DNA of 64,000 nucleotides from positions 1,116,001 to 1,180,000 of the forward strand of contig JANJGN010000031.1 in assembly GCA_026770705.1 (NCBI GenBank), read 5' to 3'. Positions 1-12,189 of this stretch are shown here, piece after piece (positions within the stretch are counted from its first letter, which is position 1; each line of letters begins with the position of its first letter). Position numbers and translations under genes: made by a program. Origin of the DNA: Isurus oxyrinchus (lineage: Eukaryota). Below the pieces are notes generated by a model that was not told where the DNA came from, ran no database searches, and worked only from the letters and a program-made list of their open reading frames with translations.

Positions 1-1790
1 AAACTACTATCGAAACTGCTTCCACCACCTCTGCTGGCAGAGAATTCCAGACACTCACTCGCCTTTACGTAAAAAGCTTGACCCGCACATCTCCTCTATA
101 GTTTTCTCCTCTCACCTTAAATCTATGTCCCTACTAATTGACTCCTCCACCCTGGGAAAAATGCTTCTGACTATCTACTCTGTCCATGCCACTCATAATT
201 TAGTAAACTTCCATCAAGTCGCCCCTCAATCTCCTTTGCTCGAGAGAGAACAATCCAAGTTTCTCCAACTTCTCCTCATAGCTAATACCCAGGCAGCATC
301 CTGGTAAACCTCCTGTGCACCCTCTCTAACACTTCCATGTCCTTCTGGTAAGGTGGCGACCAGAATTTCACACAATATTCCAAGTATGGCCTAACCAAGG
401 TTCCATATAGCTGCAGCATGACTTCCCAGCTTTTATACTCAATACCCCTGCGGATGAAGGGAAGCATGTCATATGCATTCCTGACAACTTATCCACCTGC
501 CTGGACATGTTCACCCAGATCCCTCTGCCCGTCGATGTACTTAAGGGTTCTGCCATTTAATGTATAATTCCTGCTTTTATTAGACCTTCCAAAATGCATT
601 ACCTCGCATTTGTCCGGATTAAACTGCATCTGTCATTTCTCTGCCCAAGTCTCCCACCGTCTATATCCCGTTGTACCCTTTGACAATCCTCTTCACTATC
701 TGCAACTCCTCCAACATTAGTGTTGTCTGCAAACTTACAAATTAGCCCAGTTACATTTTCCTCCAAATCATTGACATAAACTACAAACAGCAAAGGTCCC
801 AGCATTGATCCCTGCAGAATACCACTAGTCACAGCTCTCCATTCAGAAAAGCACCCTCCCAAAGCTACCCTCTGTCTTCTATGACCAAGCAAATTCTGTA
901 TCCATCTTGCCAGCTCACCACTGATTCCGTGCGACCTCTGTACCAGTCTGCCATGAGGGACCTTGTCAAAGGCCTTACTGAAATCCATATAGATCACATT
1001 CAATGCCCTTCCATCTTCGATCATCTTTGTCACCTCCTCGAAAAACTCCAGCGAGTTAGTGAGACACGACCGCCACTTCACGAAACCATGCTGCCTCTCA
1101 CTAATACACCCATTTGCTTCCAAATGGTGGTAAATTCTGTCACGAAGAATCTTCTCCAAAAATTTCCCTACCACTGACTTAAGGCTTACCAGCCTGTAAT
1201 TTCCTGGATTATCCCTGCTACACCTCTTAAACAATCGAAAAACATTGGCCAATCTCCAGTCCTCTGGGACCTCACCCATAGCCAGTGAGGATACAAAGAT
1301 TTCTGTTAAGGCCCCAGCAATCTCCTTCCTTGCCTCCCTCAGTACTCTGGGGTAGATTCCATCTGGCCCTGAGGACTTATGCACCTTAGTATTCTTCAAG
1401 ACGCCTAACAACTCCTCCTTTTTGATCTCAACATAATCCAGGCTATCTACACACTCTTCCCTAGACAAATCGACAGCTAAGTCCTTCTCTTTGGTGAATA
1501 CTGATGAGAAGTACTCATTTAGTATCTCCCCCATTTCTTCTGTCTTCACACACAGATTCCACCTCTGTCCCTGAGTGGGCCTACCCTTACCCTGTCTACC
1601 CTCTTGCTTCTTACATATGTATAAAACGCCTTGGGATTTTCCTTAATCCTCACTTCCAATGACTTTTCATGACGCCTTTTAGCCATCCTGACTCCTTGAT
1701 TAAGTTTCTTCCTACTTTCTTTATATTCTCTACGGGCTTCATCTGTTCCCAGCCTTCTAGCCCTTACGAATGCTTCCCTTTTCTTTTACA
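1..1790 (-). mobile_element. 5'-truncated CR1-type LINE (ORF2 reverse transcriptase region) inserted into a V exon
   Basis: ORF 599..1549 has SSGPDGIYPRVL, QHGF, YMDFSKAFDKVPH, QGSMLGPLLF and KFADNT; ORF 282..467 has LVRPYLEYCVKFWSP. The element starts exactly where the V exon breaks off (~1790). Confidence 0.95.
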
Positions 1791-2470
1791 GCTTCTGTGT
1801 AAAAGCACTCTATGTTTACTGGAGTGCCAGGGGGGCTGGATATGTAAGTGGGAGACTGCTGCAGCTGTACAGCCGCCACATCTGTAAAAAAGAGAGTGAA
1901 AAGACAAACGTTAATACTAACACCCCTTGAGGGAGCACACGAACAGAGAGTGAAATAGAGTAGGCGATAATGAGAGCAGGGGGAGTGAGGCAGTGATGTA
2001 GATATAGAGAAAGAGCGAAATCCGGATAAAGAGAGGGCAGAATCAGAGAGACAAAGACAAATAGAGAGAGAGAGAAAAAAAAACAAAGAGAAATGTAAAC
2101 CAAGGGCAATCTATAGGGCTTGAAAGGAATAGAGTGAGATAGATTGATAGAGAGAGGAAACAGACAGAGGTGCAGGGAGACAAGCAGAGAAAGCAAGGCC
2201 AGGCTATAGAAAGAAATAAGAAAATAGATTGAAAGAGAGAGAAGCAGAGTGACAGGGAGAGAAACTCAGATGGAGAGACAATTACAGCGGTGTACAAACA
2301 GATGCAAAGGGAATCCACACCTTCAAGATACGTGAATAAGCTCATAAAGGGGGTTAAACCCTAATCAGGGCACACAGGGCAATAACAATGAGCATCATTG
2401 CCACCTCAGAGGCCAGTTCCACCTTACACGGTAAGATCAGCAACACAGCCCAGAGCTGAGACACAGACAT
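1791..2470 (-). pseudogene. TRBV: Inverted TCR beta V segment (TRBV30-like CAWS family), interrupted in CDR1 by a CR1 LINE
   Basis: Leader exon 2470-2428 (MSVSQLWAVLLILP, donor GTAAGG), CT-rich intron, acceptor ttttttacag, V exon from 1881 (VAAVQLQQSPTYISSPPGTPVNIECFYTEA), then LINE sequence. Closely similar to the intact V genes at 36-46 kb. Confidence 0.9.
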
Positions 2471-2859
2471 CTTGTAAGTGTGAACAGCCGATGTTTTCAC
2501 TGCAGAATATCTCAAATTCTGGGCGCAAAGCGAATTTACTGCCTCCTCCTCCAAACTGTACAATGTATGGTTGCAAGAGGCCACCTTCTTTTTCTTTGTT
2601 GACTCCGACACAGGAGATGTCATTGCCGGGGTGGAGTGAATGCGGACACTGGATTTGTACTTTACGCCCTTTGATAGCAGAGCGTGACGTTAGTTTAATC
2701 CTGCAACATTTACACTCAGTCTGAATTATTCCTTACCTTCTCAGTGAGTGACGGATTTTAGTCTGAAGCCAGCCAATGAATTTTACGCTTTGCTTTGTCC
2801 CTATCTCTGCTTTCACTGCCTGTAGCCAGTGCTATGTCTGAGTCCAACTGATAATACAC

Positions 2860-3220
2860 TGGGTTTGTTGCTGGTGGGGTAGAATTGAAGACTAGTTTAA
2901 TGATCCATGGACATGAGTTTTCACTCCCAATACTGACAGCAGATTGACTAAGATCTGCTATAAAAAGCTGATATCAGTTTCGTGTTCATGAAACTGCCGG
3001 ATTGTCGTAAAAAAAAATGTCTGGTTCACGAATGTCTAGGAGAGATGAAAATGTGCGAGTCTTAGCCGATCTGACCTGTACCTGACTCCAGATATAGCCC
3101 AATGTAGTTGACTAACTGCTTTCTGTGAAGGTGGCTCGCTACTAATTTCTCAAGGACTAAATAAAGGGCAATAATTGTTCAAGTCGTTATTGACACCAGC
3201 ATCCCTTGAATGAATTTAAC
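2860..3220 (+). mobile_element. Degraded SINE sharing its 3' tail with the second LINE family
   Basis: Similar to 13590-13955 and 59630-60090; ends in a ttctcaagg...gggcaataa...catccc tail like the LINE 3' ends. Confidence 0.55.
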
Positions 3221-3317
3221 AAAAGTTCTTTCCCTTCACACGTCCTCAGAACGTTTGTTTCTGCCCTGAGCCACATTACCTTCTGCATCGCCCTTTCTTT
3301 TCCTTTTCGTTACTATG

Positions 3318-3733
3318 CCAGGCGCAGTAATACACCCTCCAGTGCCGCCCTTGCAGGCTGGACGCTTGCAGGTCGAGTCATCGGATCTCGAGGCGGTGAA
3401 ACCATACACTTTTCCAAAGGTTCGATGTTGCCGGAGTTGGGAGAGTAGAAAACGAGAAAGAACTCTTGATTTTGGAGCTGGTGATACCAAACGAACTCTG
3501 AGCCGTCGGCTCCCGACGCAGAACAGCGAATCTGCAGCGTTGAGTACAGGAAATTGGAGATTACAGGCCTTGTCTGCTGAATTTTGCCGCTTGCTGCAGT
3601 TGGGTATAGGAGGAGCACAATAGGGGTAAAATCCAGGAACATGAGATTTGCAGCCAAACTGTTCCAATGTACTGAAGGGGGGAGATTCGCTGTGTAACAG
3701 CAGCGCAGACACCAGACATAGAGTGAAATGCAT
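3318..3733 (-). pseudogene. TRBV: Inverted TCR V pseudogene (CAW-ending family)
   Basis: Leader 3733-3691 (MHFTLCLVSALLLH) with a non-canonical GC donor and a short intron. V exon from 3593: SGKIQQT...IRCSASGADGSEFVWYHQ...FYSPNSGNIEP, frameshift to GKVYGFTASRS, ending VYYCAW at 3318. Heptamer degraded (CATAGTA), no nonamer. Confidence 0.85.
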
Positions 3734-3840
3734 TTAAAAAGTTTAGGAAAAATGCAGGGTTTGCAAACAAGTCCACTTTAAATCCGGGTCATTTTCGTCG
3801 GTATTGTCTCAGATCTCTTTCTGTATTTTCTTTCTTTCAT

Positions 3841-4860
3841 ACAACCAAAGAAACATAGAAACTAGGAGCAGGAGTAGGTCATTCTGCTCTTCGAGACTCC
3901 TCCGCCATTTATGCTGTTCATGGCTGATCATCCAACTCAATAGCCAACTCCCACATTGCCCCCCATACCGTTTAATCCCCTTCACCCGAAGAACTATATC
4001 TAACTCATTCTTGAAAATATAGAATGCTTTGGTGGCAAATACTTTCAGTGCTAACGAATTCCATAGCGTCACCACTCTCCTCATCTCAGTCCTGAATGGT
4101 CTACCCCGTATTCTCAGACTGTGACCCCTGGTTCTGGACACCCCCACCATCGTGAACGACCTTCCAGAATCAATCCTGTCTAATTCTGTTAGAATGTTAG
4201 GGGTTTCTATGAGAGCCCCCCTCATTCTTCTGAACTCCAGCGAATATAATCCTAATCTACTCAATCTCTCCTCATAAATCAGTACCGCCATGCGAGGAAT
4301 CGGACAGGTAAATCTTCACTGCACTCCCTCTTTAGTAAGTACATCCTTCCTTAGATAATGAGACCAAAACTGCACACAATATTCCAGGTGTGGTCTCACC
4401 AAGGCCTTGTACAATTGCAGCAGCACATCCCTGTTCGTGTACTCGAACCCCCTGGCCATGAAGGCCAACATACCATTTGCCTTCTTTACCGCCTGCTGCA
4501 CCTGCATGATTCCCTTCAGCAACTTGTGTACAAGGACACCCAGGACTCGTTGCACAGTCCCCTCTCTCAATTTACAGTAGTTCAGATAATAATCTGTCTT
4601 CCTGTTTTTGATACCAGAATGGATAACCACACATTTATCCACATTGTACTGCATCTGTCATGCATTTGCACACTAATTCAGCTTGTCCAAATCACAATTA
4701 AGCATCTCTACATTCTCCTCACAGCTCACCCTCCCACCCAGCTTTGTGTCATCTGCAGATTTGGAGATATTACATTTGATTCCCAAATCTAAATCATTAA
4801 TATATATTGCGAATAACTGGGGTCCCAGCACAAATTCCTGCATTACCCCAATTGTCACTG
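3841..4860 (-). mobile_element. CR1-type LINE 3' part
   Basis: ORFs 4673..4870 (YINDL...ADDTKLGG), 4316..4654 ([14 protein letters not shown]) and 3809..4291 (TRGHSLRI), plus the CR1 3' tail. Confidence 0.9.
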
Positions 4861-5549
4861 TATCTTGCATCCTTTTCTCTCTCTGTCTCTTCCACTTTCT
4901 ACCTCTCTTATTCCCTCTCTCTATATATCTCCTTCTCTGCCAGTCTGTCTTCCTCTCTTCTTTTCACTTTCCAAAGAATTTCTTAACTATTTTCGGAACA
5001 TCGAGAAGCTGAGTTCTGTGGAAGAGCAGACATTTTTTAAGAATGGCAGAACATAAATTATTACATTCTGTTGGACAGTCATAACAAACATTTTTAAAGT
5101 AATATGTACTGGGAACCTTTAACTCAAGGCGCTGGGAGTACAAATGGGAGGAGTTTAGGAAAGTCTTTATAACATACTGGGTAGATCCTGTGTGGAGTGC
5201 TGTGTTAAGTTCTGGCTCTCTGTCTATACTTCCCCTTCTTCCGACTGCTAACCCCACTCTCCTTCCTTCCTTTCATATCCCTCTCCTGTTAACACCCCCT
5301 CCCACTCACCGACACCACATCTTCATCCTTCCCTCCTTTGCTGTTACAACATTGCTTTACTATTTCCTTCCAATCAGCCCTCTATCCTCCCACCCCTTCC
5401 ACAATCCTCCATTTTATATTCCTTTTTCAATCCTCTTCCACCCCTGATCATTTTCTCCTTCCAGTTCATGCCCCCACCCTTTCTCTGTTCCTCTACTCCC
5501 TCCTCCTCACTCCGTCCTCTCAATCTCATTTTTACTCGCACTCTCACTA

Positions 5550-6545
5550 GAGATCCCAGCTGGTGGTGTTCCTATGCATTTGTTGCCTTTATTCTACTAT
5601 GTGGTAGAGGTCGTGCATTTGGAAGTTGCTGTCAAAGGAGTGAGTTTCTGCAGTGCATTCTGCATATGGCAGACACTGCTGCCACTGGGCCACGGTCGTG
5701 GAGGAACTGGATATTCAAGATGGTGAATGGGGTGCCAATTAAGCGGGCCGATTAGTACTGGGTGGTATCGAGCTTCTTGAGGGTTGTTGGATCAGCCCTC
5801 ATCCAGGCAAGTGGGGGGCATTTCATCACACACCTTATGCCTTGTACATGTAGGAGAGGCTTTCGGGAGTCAGGAGCTAAGTTGCCTTCTGCAGAATTCC
5901 AGTCTCTGACCTGCCCTGGTGGCCACAATATTTATATGGCTAGTAGAGTTTAGTTTCTGCTGGATGGTAATCCGCAAGGTGTTGACAATGGGGGATTCAG
6001 CGAAGATAATGTCATTGAATGTCAATTCGTGATTGTAAGGTTCTCCCTTCTTGGAGATGGTCGTTGCCTTGCACTTGTGTGGCGTGAATGATACTTGCCA
6101 ATCATCATCTCAAGCCTGAATATTGCCCAGGCCTTGCTGGACATGGGCACTGACTACTTCAATATCTAAGCAGTCATGAATGTTGTTGAACATTGTGTAA
6201 TGATCAGTGAACATACCTACTTCTGAACTGATGATGGAGGGAAGGTCGTTGATCAAGCAGCTGAAAAGCCTGGGTAACCCTGAGGAACTCCTGCAGGGTT
6301 GCCTTGAGACTACGGAATGACCAACAAAAGTAATAGCCATCTTCCTTTGTCCTCGGTATATCTCCAACCAGTGGAGAGTTTTCCCCATGATTCCCATTCG
6401 GTCCAGTTTTGCTAGGGTTCTTTGATGCCACACTCTGTCAAATGCTACTTTGATGTCAAGGGCAGGCACTCTCACATCATCTCCTGACTTCAGTTCTTTA
6501 ATCTTTTTTGGACTAAGCTTGTAATGAGATCAGTAGCTGAGTGCT
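5550..6545 (-). mobile_element. Second non-LTR retrotransposon family (RT motif ALDIKxAFDRVWH), fragment
   Basis: ORF 6110..6475 MRVPALDIKVAFDRVWH...INDLPSII.SEVGMFTDH; same family as many other copies in the window. Confidence 0.85.
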
Positions 6546-6844
6546 TTAACGTGCACATAATCGAAAAAGGGAGTGTGTGAAAAAGAGAAACAATGTGACC
6601 CAAGGGTAGACAGGGCGAGACTGAGAAAAAAGGAAAGAGAGAAACTGTGAACGAGGAGAAAGACAGAGAGGGAGAGAGAATTGGAGTGAGGGAGACTGAA
6701 AGACATGCACAGAGAGAGAGAACAAGACAGAGAGGAGAGGAAATATAGCTGATAAATGGGAAGTGGCAAAAAGACAGTGTGCTACAGAATGACAGAAAGA
6801 GACAGATAAGCACACACAGACATCCACAAGCATTCTCTCTCTCT

Positions 6845-6846
<2 letters not shown>

Positions 6847-6913
<67 letters not shown>

Positions 6914-6920
6914 ACACAAA
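6847..6920. repeat. (CA)n microsatellite
   Basis: Long, nearly pure CA run. Confidence 0.98.
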
Positions 6921-7699
6921 CAGAAACTCCCTCTCTCCTTCCTCTCAAACACTCTCTCTCTCACACACGCACAGACTGGCAAGCAAGCTGATTCCCACTT
7001 GATCAACACAAAAGGAGCAGAGACCATTTCTACACAATCTCCTTATGCCGTTTATGTTTTCCTCCCTGATTTGAAATGAAAGGGTTGGCTCCTCAAAAGA
7101 CTTCAAACTTCTATACCCGCTCCATTGATTACTAATTGCAAATTAACACGGCCATTCTGGTGAACCTGAGACGCTACCCCTCTAAAAGAGATGTAAACTT
7201 CCCGAGTTTCGATGCTGTGAACTGAAGCAGTTACTCCAGGTGGAGAATGATCAGTGTGATAGGCAACAGGTTCACAATTTCTAACCCCCTGTACTCCAGC
7301 CGCCTTTGGAATATTCTATTGGTCTTACCAACTCGGATACGTACCTGCCTGCAGGCTTTCAGCAATGTGTTTGGCCGAATAGATAACTCCTTTCCTACTT
7401 CCATTGTTTCTAGCATTTCTCCATTCAGAAAATATTCTCCTTCATCTATCTAAGGTGCACCCAAGTACCAAATTTAATATTCATTCCCTCCACCACTGAC
7501 ACCAGGCCGCTCGGGTGACTAGTTGGCTCAGTTGGCTGAACGTTTGTTCTGGATCAAATTGGTGCAAACAGCAGGGGTGGATTCCAAGGCTCCACATTGC
7601 CCTACCCACAGGGAAGATTAGGATACTGTGGGTCGGTTCTGTCTTCAGGAAAAGCACTGAATAAGTCACCATTGAACAGTTTGGGTTGCGTAAGGGTCA

Positions 7700-9040
7700 C
7701 ACAGATCCTGATTTCATTACAGCCTTGGTTCAAACATGGACAAAACAAGCTGACCTCAAGAGGTGAAGGGACTGACTGCCTTTGACACTAAGGCAGTAGT
7801 TGTCCAAGTGTGGCATGAAGGAACCCCAAGCAAAACTGTGGTAAATGGGAATCAGGGAGAGAACTTGCTGCTGCCTGCTGTCATACCTGGCACAAAGGGA
7901 GATGGCTGTGGCTATTGGAAGTCAATCCTCTTCGTTCCAGGAGATCATTGCAGGAATTCCTCAGAGTAGTGTCCCAGGCCCAATCATCTTCAACTGCTTC
8001 ATGAATGGCCTTCCTTCCGTCAGGATGTGGGGCTGACTCTTAAATGCCCTCTGAACAAGCGCAATTATGGATGGGCAATAAATGCTGGCCTAGCCAGCAA
8101 CGCCCACATCCCATGAAAGAATAAATAAATGTTAAAATATGGTCAGAAATCGGAATGTTCACTGATGATGGCATGACTTTCAGCACCTTTCATAATTCGT
8201 CTGATACTGAAGCAGTCCATCACCAAATGCAGCAAGACCTGGATAATATCAAGGTATGGGCTGAAAAGTGGCAAGTAACATTTGCACCACACAAGTGCCA
8301 TGCAATTAAATTATTCAACAAGAGAGAATCTAACCATCGCCCCTTGACATTCAATGGTAGTCTCCTTCCGAGTACCCCACTATCAACATCCGGGAGGTTA
8401 TCATTTACCAGAAAATGAATTGGACTAGCCATATAAATATTGTGGCTACCAGAGCTGGTCACAGGCTAATAACCTTGCTACGAGTAACTCACCTCCTGGC
8501 TCCCCAAAGCCTGCCCAAAATCTACAAAGCATAAGTCAAGAGTGTGATGGGATACTCTCCACTTGCCAGAATGAGTGCAGCTCCAACAACACTAATGAGC
8601 TTGACACCATCCAGGGCATATCAGCCTTGATTGGCACAATATCCACATTCACTCCCTCCACCACCGATGCACAGTAGCAGCAGTGTGCACCATCTACAAA
8701 ATGCTCTGCAGGAATTCACCAAGGCTTCTTAGACAGCACCTTCCAAACCCAGGTCCATTGCCATCTAGGAGGAGAAGAGCAGCAGATAGATGAGGACGCC
8801 ACAACCCGAACCTTTCCCTCCAAGCCACGCACCAACTTGACGTAGACATCCATTGCAGTTTCTTCCCTGTCACCAGGTCAAAATCCTGGAACTCCCTCAC
8901 TAACGACATTGTGATTATACCTGCACCACGTAGATGGCAGCGGTTCAAGATGGAAGCTCACCACCACCTTGGCAAGGGCAACGAGGGATGCGCAATAAAT
9001 GTTGGCCTAGCTAGCGATGCCCACATCTATGAATAAATCC
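7700..9040 (+). mobile_element. Second LINE family, two adjacent fragments (about 7700-8130 and 8140-9040)
   Basis: TAFDTKAVVVQVWH, MFTDD...QQDLDNI.VWAEKWQVTFAPHKC; two ataaatgYtggcctag...gcccacatc tails. Confidence 0.85.
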
Positions 9041-9444
9041 AAAAATTAATTTAATTTTTAATGGGAGTCTGGGTTATAAATAGCAAGTGATCAGCAGGTC
9101 ACGCGACACCTGAGAAGAGAGAAACAGTGCTAAACTTTCATGTTTGTGACTTTCTTCAGAACTGTAACATCTTCGAAGCATAACGGCTTCTAAGTATGTA
9201 GAGATCCAATAAAACGGTGTGGAGAGAAAAGAACCAAACAGAAGATCAGTAGTAGTCTGGAAGGTAGCAGAGATTCAATGATATTTGTGGTGATGGTGCA
9301 AGGAAAAAAGTGGTGTTAATGGTTGAAGTAAATGGAATAAAGGCGAATCTAGAGGCGGTGTGAATGACAGCGACAAAATCATTGCCAAGAGCTTTGATCC
9401 AAAACGAATGGGAGTGGTGATTATTACCTCTGTTTTGTTTTGAG

Positions 9445-9736
9445 GAATTGGTGATTCTGAAGAGCTTGTGCAGCCTCGGCAATATATATCAGTGGCAAAG
9501 GGCGAGACAGTGACTATCCCTTGCATCCAACGGGAGACTAATGCTTACTTGTACTGGTACCGTGAGTTCCCGGGCCACGGGTTAAAGGACCTCTTGTACG
9601 CTCTGCAGAAAAATGATCCAACAACGTCGGATGGGATCACCGAGAGGTTCACGGCCAAGAAGACGGCAGGCGGCTCCTTCGATCTGAATATATGTACAGT
9701 GCAGCCGAGGTTCGTATTTCTATGCTTCCAGTGATG
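9445..9736 (+). pseudogene. TRBV: TCR beta V pseudogene (CASS-type), V exon only
   Basis: Acceptor ttttgag/G at 9445. EELVQPRQYISVAKGETVTIPCIQRETNAYLYWYREFPGHGLKDLLY...ERFTAKKTAGGSFDLNICTVQP, then a frameshift to SYFYASSD (second Cys is Tyr). No leader found. Confidence 0.9.
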
Positions 9737-9775
9737 CACAGTGAAACGCTCTGCTTGGGCCGTGTTACAAAAAAA
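9737..9775 (+). promoter_or_regulatory. 23-RSS
   Basis: CACAGTG + 23 bp + ACAAAAAAA(CC). Confidence 0.9.
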
Positions 9776-10250
9776 CCGCCCCGTCTCAGACACTGCCGCC
9801 TAACAAGGTCTAGTTATAGATTAATGGCAGCTGGACAGACAGTGAGGGACAGACAGGGAGGAAGAGGCAGAGAGAGAGAGAGCGATAGGTACATTGTTAG
9901 ATAGAGACGTCAATGGGAAGATAGATAGACAGACCGTACCACTTTTCGCTCTGTGTTTCTCCTTTTCTATTCCCTATCTCTCTCGCCCTGTCTTTTCCAT
10001 CACTCTCTCGCTATCCCCCACGCGTTGCCCCTACGTTGTTCCCTTTCCGCGCTCCCTCATTCGCTCACCTGCCCTTTCCGCCTCCCTCCCCATCTCCTCA
10101 CTCACTTATTTCTTTGCTCAATCTCACACCCTCTCTCCAACTGTCCAAATCTCACTTACTCTATCTCTCTTTCTCTCTCTATACCCCTGACCCTCTATCA
10201 AGCCAATATCAAATCAGAAAATTTCCATTAACATTGTCTGTCTTTTACAG

Positions 10251-10599
10251 AAGAACTACCGAAAGCAGTTATTAAAAGGCACATGTTTCTTGCCAGTAGC
10301 ATCACGAGGTTGGTGACTGCGATTGTATGGCACCCAAAGCTCATTGACAAATCCAAAACTGGACTTGAGTCTTCATCCTCTCTTAGAGGAGACGCCGGAA
10401 ATCGCCGAGAGGTCCGCAGGCCGGATGTCTGCCGCCATGGGAATGGACGATTCCGACCGTAACCTGTCCCAAGTGCAGCCCAGTGGCTTGGCTGTGTATT
10501 ACTGCGCTTAACCTACCCCGGCAGCAGCCCAGTGGCTCGGCTGTGTATTACTGCGCTAGACAGTTTGCCATAGCGTCAAGAAGGCTTGCTGCTAAAACT
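10251..10599 (+). pseudogene. Highly degraded V relic with duplicated FR3 end and degenerate 23-RSS
   Basis: CT-rich intron ending ttttacag at 10250. LSQVQPSGLAVYYCA* is followed by QPSGSAVYYCAR. CAGTTTG(10561) + 23 bp + GCTAAAACT. Confidence 0.7.
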
Positions 10600-11059
10600 T
10601 CGCAGGTCAGGTTGGAGGGCAAGGGCTGAACAGTAAACGGTGTTCTAATTCAGCAGACCTCCACCATTAGAAATCGGTGAGCTTGAGGCACGAACTCTGG
10701 TGAGGTAGCTGGCATAATGCGGGCAGAATACAGCGACAGGAAATACACAGCACAATCAAATGGGTATTATTTGAAGGGGTAAAATCCGTCTGGCCCCAGA
10801 AGTGGAGAGATCGAGACGTGGAGAGTGGTAAGGTAAGGAGAGAAACCTAACCATCGACCCGAGCATTGTAGTTATATATCTCAATTTATTTATCTACCTC
10901 TCTATCGATCTTTCCACCGAATGGTCTATCCATACATCTGTCGGCCTACCGTCTATCCACTCTATCTCTATCTATCTGCCTGCCGTAATTTTTATTCCGC
11001 CCTCGTCCTTTCATTGTCTATCTATCTCTCTGTTTACCTATCTGCCTTTCTTCATCTAA

Positions 11060-11430
11060 TTGAGAAATCGGAGGCAATGAAAATGAACAGCTTCGAAATG
11101 TGGTGCTTAAGAAGGATGGCAAGGGTAAGCTAGGTGAACAGCTAAGGTAGAAATGCTGAATGTCTGGAAGAACATGAGAACTCTTAAATAACATCAAAAA
11201 TACATACTGAGTTCTTCAGGCGAGTTATCCTGTTGGTCTGTTGGAGTGTCTTATCACCACAAGAAGGGTTAAAGGAATAAGATCAACATGCCGACAGAGA
11301 AGAAAGCAGCTTAACAATATTAAAGCCTGTCTTATCCACCATTCCAACTACACGGTCACCCACTTTGCTCTGATAGAAAAGATCGAACTCCATGGTCGCC
11401 TACCCCACTCAGCATGGCACATAAACCAAG
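11060..11430 (+). mobile_element. RTE-like LINE 3' fragment within TCTA-rich low-complexity DNA
   Basis: SFEMWCLRRMARVS resembles the RTE C-terminal FEMWCxRRML motif. Confidence 0.6.
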
Positions 11431-12189
11431 ACCTCTTGAGTGAGGTCCTTATTTGTCTATTGGTCTTAAGTTATATCCATCTCTATCCACCTGTCCATCT
11501 GTCTATTTTACATCTATTACCTCCCTATCTGATTATCTATCCATTTCTCTCCGCCTGCCTAATTAACCCTATCTAGCTATTCATCTATGATTAGGTGATT
11601 ACAATTTTTTAATGAATTAATTAGAACCTACTGTGGCAAGGGATTGAATTTCCATCTTTTGAACATGTTCTCTATATTTTAACCAAACTATATTGGGAGG
11701 TAAATAGGTTTACGTCAGTGGTGCACAGAATAATATGGGCACCAGATACTTAAAATTCCAAAGGACACCAGTGAATTATTAGTTTTAGTCTCAATATCGC
11801 AAGAGTGCTGAGAATGGTAGAGTACAAGAGGAAACAATTGGGCCCATGGTGCAAGGCCAGCCCTGAGAAACAGCTATCCAGTAAGACCTATTCCCTTGTC
11901 CCATGGACAGGCAATCTTTTCCCGTTGCTAATATAGATTCTAATTCCAAAATTGCTATCGAACCTGCATCCACTGCCATTTGAGGAAGGATTTTTTTTTG
12001 AGTTGTCCAGATATTGCCTTTTGTTCTTTTACAGAATATCCTATATACGTGTTCCTTGGTTACCAACCCTATGCTGTTGGGAACATTTTCCCATTAAATT
12101 CTCTATCAATACGCATTATGATCTTGAACATCTTTATTACACCTTCCATCAACCTTCGCTACCCTAATAATCAGTTTGATAATCTCAGT

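Noticed and set aside
6490-7027. Long ORFs such as MCVCVCV... and THTHTH..., and the LSIYLS... ORFs at 28050-28661 and 37049-37327
   Set aside because: Translations of CA and TCTA microsatellites, not genes.
7515-7600. tRNA-like A box TGGCTCAGTTGG
   Set aside because: No cloverleaf and a poor B box; at most a decayed SINE head.
10524-10567. AVYYCAR as an IgH-like V inside a TCR locus
   Set aside because: Only the last few codons are readable, and CAR also arises by mutation in the TRBV pseudogene at 40950.
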